Positions 58,289 to 64,000 of a stretch of DNA of 64,000 bases are shown here, piece by piece (positions within the stretch are counted from its first letter, which is position 1; every line of letters starts with the position of its first letter). The stretch comes from Octopus vulgaris (lineage: Eukaryota): assembly GCA_951406725.2 (NCBI GenBank), contig OX597826.1, forward strand, positions 75,516,001-75,580,000. Reading direction: 5' to 3'. A program made the position numbers and the translations under genes. The notes beneath the pieces were generated by a model. The model was not told the origin of the DNA, searched no databases, and saw only the letters and a program-made list of their open reading frames with translations.

Positions 58289-58523
58289 ATACATCGTGTG
58301 TGGGGTACTTTTCCAGTGAGTCTGTAGGTGAATGTGAGGGGCTATGTATGTGTATGCAGTCGTGTTTATGTATGTGTGCATATGTGTGTGTGTGTGTGTG
58401 TGTGTGTGAGTGTAGGATACACACACACATATGCACACATACATAAACACGACTGCATACACATACATAGCCCCTCACATTCACCTACAGACTCACTGGA
58501 AAAGTACCCCACACACGATGTAT
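58289..58523. repeat. Perfect 105-bp inverted repeat with a 25-nt spacer
   Basis: 58289-58393 is the reverse complement of 58419-58523. Confidence 0.92.
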
Positions 58524-58580
58524 CCTACACTCACACACACACACACACATATATATAAAGACAAACATACATACATACAT

Positions 58581-58612
<32 letters not shown>

Positions 58613-58613
58613 G

Positions 58614-58663
<50 letters not shown>

Positions 58664-59328
58664 TCGTGTAACTATATATCTGAAGATGCACACACACATA
58701 TATACATACATACAAACATATATGTGTGTGTGTGTATGAGTGTGTGTGTGTTTGTGTGTACCCATATATATGTAGGTGGGTCTATGAATAGGAGTCAAGG
58801 TTAGCTACTGAACGACTGGTATAGTGAACGACTTGACAGTTCTATGACAGGTACTCAAAAGTAACCGGATACTTTCTCTGAGCGAAAAGCCTGTTGTAGA
58901 TCGGGTTTCCGCCGCTAGAAGCAACTTCATGCGACCCTCAGGCATCGGTCTGCTGACCGGTGTTGTCGCTCGGGGTCATATATTAGAACTGAATAATTTG
59001 TACGACATAGCTCTCACCCTTTTTACACCCTCTTCTCAATTCCTTAGAAAAAAAAATAGGACTTTGCTGTAGATTAACCTATAGATTTTTGCTAAGATAA
59101 ATGAAATATTCATTATTTGAGAGTTAAGAAAAATAATGTAGAAAGACAAAACTTTTATTAAGAATAATTCTCGTTCATCCTCAAGAGTTGACCTGTCATA
59201 AATGGCAATGTTTGACATATATATATTGAACACTGTTTATACTTCATCTCAGTAGGTGTTACTTTAAAAATATCTATTATAATGCTAATGCTATACTCAT
59301 AATTATTAGCATTTTACCGTGTGAACTC

Positions 59329-59729
59329 ACTTTACTCTTTACTCTCTTTTACTTGTTTCAGTCATTTGACTGCGGCCATGCTGGAGCACCGCCTTTAATC
59401 GAGCAACTCGACCCCGAGACTTAGTCTTTGTAAGCCCAGTACTTATTCTATCGGTTTCTTTTGCCGAACCGCTAAGTAACGGGGACATAAACACACCAGC
59501 ATCGGTTGTCAAGCAATGCTAGGGGGACAAACACAGACACACAAACACACACACATACATATATACGACAGGCTTCTTTCAGTTTCCGTCTACCAAATCC
59601 ACTCACAAGGCATTGGTCGGCCCGAGGCTATAGTAGAAGACACTTGCCCGAGGTGCCACGCAGTGGGACTGAACCCGGAACCGTGTGGTTCGTAAGCAAG
59701 CTACTTACCACACAGCCACTCCTGCGTCT
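59329..59729 (-). mobile_element. SINE family 2 full-length copy
   Basis: Matches 61124-61525. Confidence 0.8.
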
Positions 59730-60399
59730 ACACAGCCACAACCTCTTTTTAAAATATTTTCCATATGCTGTTATTGGAGAAAAATTAATAATAAAAGATA
59801 TGCTTCATGGTGGTAATTAAATCTGGTGAACTCTTCCCTCACCCCTTTCTAGCTCTATGCCACGCTCTCACCTGTTATCCTTGGAATACACTGCACATTT
59901 CATCTTTCGCGTGATTATTGAATCCTTCCCTTACCTGTGCTTCTACCTAACCAAGGATTATTTCCTTTAGATACCTAGCCTTGCTTAACCTCAGTTGTTG
60001 TGCCTGCTTTTATGTCTCAAAACAAAATGCAATTTATTTTAGTCTGTCAAACACCTTTTTTTTTTTCGTTTCTACACACAACCATCTTTGTGCTTCCACA
60101 AGTGTTTGCTTAAAAATGCATCAACTTTTTGTTTCAAAGATTGGAAAAATGTGTACAAATGTTGACCATCAGTAAGCTATAAAATGATGAACCATTTAAG
60201 ATTTGCTGTTCCTTATTTTTCTTTTTACTATTTCTCTTCTTTATTATTGGTTTTCTGAGATTGAATGATTTCAAAATGGCAGTGCATCGTACACTTTGCT
60301 TTGATACCAGTGTTGTTTGGGGTTTTTGGTTCTGTTTTGTTTATTTTTTCATAAAGGTGATAGAAATAGTCATATCTAATCATCTTTATCTTTGCAAAA

Positions 60400-61114
60400 T
60401 AACTGATATTCACCCATGTCCATCGATTTTTGCGATGGCTGAAACGAAAGAAAAGTGTGCTCCGTGAAATTCTATTTTCTACCGGAGAAAACGGCAGCCG
60501 AAACAGTTGTCATGTTTCAAACAGCTTACAAGGCCGCTGCCATGAACAAGACACAAGTTCACGACTTAGGAATGTTAACTTCTCGCTTGAGGACCAACCT
60601 TGTTCAAGGTGACCATCGGCCTCCCGAACAAATGAAAACATCACGAAAATTCATGAACTGATCTTCGAGGACCATCGCCGAACTACTGACGAGATCGATA
60701 TGGCTGGTGTGTCCTGGAGCTCCTGCCAACGAATTTTGAGTGAGAAATTACCAATGAAAAGATTTGCAGAAAAATTTGTGCCTCGCTTGCGCACAAAATC
60801 AATCACGACTGAATGAGTGTCGTGAACTGAAGGAACAGTTTATAAGTTGATCCGGAAGTTTTTTCGAAGGTCTTCACTAGTGACGGAAGCTGGTGTTACG
60901 GAATTTGCCGATGTGGAAAAGGTGAAGAAAAAAACGACGGAGGCGTTAAAAAGCATCACTTCGAAAGAGTTCCAGCACTTCTTCAAAACAGTGGAAAACG
61001 CGCGTAGACTGATGCTTCAAATAGTGAATACTTTGACGGAGATAAAAATATAAATGGTGTAAAACTGAGTAAAATATTATTGCAAAATTCCGGTTTCTTT
61101 TGGATACCCCTCGT
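60400..61114 (+). mobile_element. mariner transposon relic with internal deletion
   Basis: AAETVVMFQTAYKAAAMNKTQV and MKRFAEKFVPRL remnants; 3' TIR TTCCGGTTTCTTTTGGATACCCCTCGTA. Confidence 0.75.
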
Positions 61115-61123
61115 ACATGATAT

Positions 61124-61525
61124 TCTCTTTACTCCTTTACTTGTTTCAGTCATTTGACTGCGGCCATGCTGGAGCACCGCCTTTAGTCGAGCAAATCGAC
61201 ACCGGGACTTATTCTTTTTGTAAGCCCAGTACTTATTCTATCGGCCTCTTTTGCCGAACCGCTAAGTGATGGGGACGTAAACACACCAGCATCGGTTGTC
61301 AAGCAATGCTAGGGAGACAAAAACAGACACACACACATACATATATATATATACATATATACGACAGGCTTCTTTCAGTTTCCGTCTACCAAATCCACTC
61401 ACAAGGCTTTGGTCGGCTAGAGGCTATAGTAGAAGACACTTGCCCAAGGTGTCACGCAGTGGGACTGAACCCGGAACCATGTGGTTGGTTAGCAAGCTAC
61501 TTACCACACAGCCAACCTGCGCCTA
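61124..61525 (-). mobile_element. SINE family 2 full-length copy
   Basis: Matches 59329-59729. Confidence 0.8.
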
Positions 61526-61842
61526 TTGTCTATATTGTCTATATGTAATGTTTATTCGTACGTCTGCACACGGCACATGTGGATGTGTGCATATGTTCAT
61601 ACATGACTTCTGCAAACACAAACTGATAAGACGAATGGTAGATTCTATGGCACAACCTGTCCTGGATACATGAAGTTTTTGCTTCTGTTTTTGTCTTTAT
61701 GTTTTGTAGATGTGTGTATGCCATACATACACACACGTGAAAGTGTGTTTATATGTGTATTCACTTTCGTACACGCACATACTAACGCGCACATATGCAC
61801 ATACACACAGGTGCCTGTATACCCATATAAATATATATATAT

Positions 61843-62703
61843 AAGTTATTTGATCAATAAGTATCCGGACTGTTATCATAGTAACGAAGTTAAAGCAACC
61901 AAAGGGAAGCCACTTGGCACAGATTGACCTTAAACTCTGCTGAGCATGCGTGCGCACTAAGTCACAACATTCTAGCTCCCTTCCGTTGTCTACAGCAGTG
62001 CTTAGAGGGAAGGTGTGTAGCGTGTGATCGTCGCATTGACAATGACAGAGAATGTTGAGCAGAGAATCTGCATCAAATTTTGCCAAAAGCTTGGCAATAC
62101 CTGCTCAGAGGTCTACGCAAAGATTTCAAAAGGTTTTCATCGTTCTCAACACAATCGAGGAGATCTTGTGCAACTGAAACCCGACTGTCTTTTTGATCAG
62201 CTGAAAGCAGTTTTATCACAAACTTGGCAGACACGCATCTCATACCCAAATCTTCAGCAATATTGGACTGAACAGAATCGTAATTAATCTGCACATCCTC
62301 TGATAACTCACGGATGGTGATTCAACGACTTCCCTTCACAGCTGCACGTACATCTGAAATGGTTTCCTCAGTTCTGCTGGTTGCGGGTCTCCCATAACGT
62401 TCGTCACTATCGACATTTTTCAGCCATCTTGGAAACGCCTGACCCATTCGTACACTTGAGTGCGGCTCATACACTCCTCTCCATACACTTTCTGTAGGCC
62501 TCTAAGCATGTATCGCCATAACAAGTTTCTCTGTAATGATCAATACAACGATCACACGTTACACACGTTCCTTCCAAGCACTGCTGTAAACAACGGAAGT
62601 GAGCTAGAACGATAAAGCTTAATGCGCATGCACAGCAGCGTTCAATGTCAATCTGTGCCAATCAGTCTGCTTGCTTTGGCTTCGTTACTTTGATCAGACT
62701 TCG
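61843..62703. mobile_element. mariner-derived fold-back element made of two 5' halves in inverted orientation
   Basis: EQRICIKFCQKLG on +; VYGEECMSRTQVYEW and LGMRCVSAKFV on -; both ends share the same 5' UTR sequence. Confidence 0.75.
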
Positions 62704-62738
62704 TATATACCTACATACATACATATATATATATATGA

Positions 62739-63188
<450 letters not shown>

Positions 63189-63332
63189 TGTTTAAAATGC
63201 CGACGAGCGGGAACGTGGAACTCTGAGTAACAGCTTTTGTGATATTTTCGCTGCTTTTTAATAAACCACATTACTCTACCACTGGTATTTGAGTACTATT
63301 TTCTTCCATTTATGTGATTTCTCTGGTGTATG

Positions 63333-63399
<67 letters not shown>

Positions 63400-63427
63400 A
63401 TATATCTATATATATATATATATATAT

Positions 63428-63573
<146 letters not shown>

Positions 63574-63689
63574 GAGGGTATTATTACACATAAATGCCAC
63601 GACTGAATATATATATAGGAGAGTATCTGAATTCTAATAAAGAAGCAAAATAATGACTGAATATATAAACAAGCGCCTGTCCAACAGTG

Positions 63690-64000
63690 ATTGCATCATC
63701 CATACTCTCAACAATGCGCCCTTAAATATGGTTTCTGATTACAAATATCTTGGGTCATACATATCATCATCTGGAAAAGATTTTCTAACTAGAAAGGGTA
63801 TGGCCTGGTCAGCCTGTAATGACATGCATAAGATCTGGTCATCAAATCTAAGTAGAGGCTTCAAACTTGAAATCTTCAAAGCCACAGTCGAACCAATTCT
63901 ACTATATGGCTCAGAAACGTTATCAAAGAAGCTTGAGAGGCGGTTGGATGGAACCTACACTCGCCTCCTTATGAGAGCTCAAAATCTCTCGTGGAAGCGC
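63690..64000 (+). mobile_element. RTE-type LINE RT C-terminal fragment, runs off the window end
   Basis: YKYLGSYI...KGMAWSACNDMHKIW...FKATVEPILLYGSET...RLLMRAQNLSWK. Confidence 0.8.

Overview
AT-rich, microsatellite-saturated animal genomic DNA. The (TA)n/(CA)n density and the SINE set resemble a coleoid cephalopod such as Octopus (inference). Two tandem SLC22-family (MFS organic cation/anion/carnitine-type) transporter paralogs lie on the minus strand. Gene A is complete: 9 coding exons, 53321->35596, 562 aa by my splicing. Gene B has its first 6 coding exons here (16493->3749) and runs off the window start. Introns and spacers hold at least four tRNA-derived SINE families, non-autonomous Helitrons (one head-to-tail dimer), Tc1/mariner relics and MITEs, RTE- and CR1-type LINE fragments and a decayed Penelope element. 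Main observations: (1) a ~97% identical tract confined to the extracellular-loop-1 part of exon 2 in otherwise ~80% identical paralogs, a likely gene conversion; (2) several microsatellite-flanked repeat families carrying minimal hammerhead-ribozyme-like motifs; (3) near-perfect long hairpins, some next to exons; (4) non-canonical residues at conserved SLC22 positions. Nearly all ORFs in the supplied track are microsatellite artefacts. Repeat boundaries are approximate.
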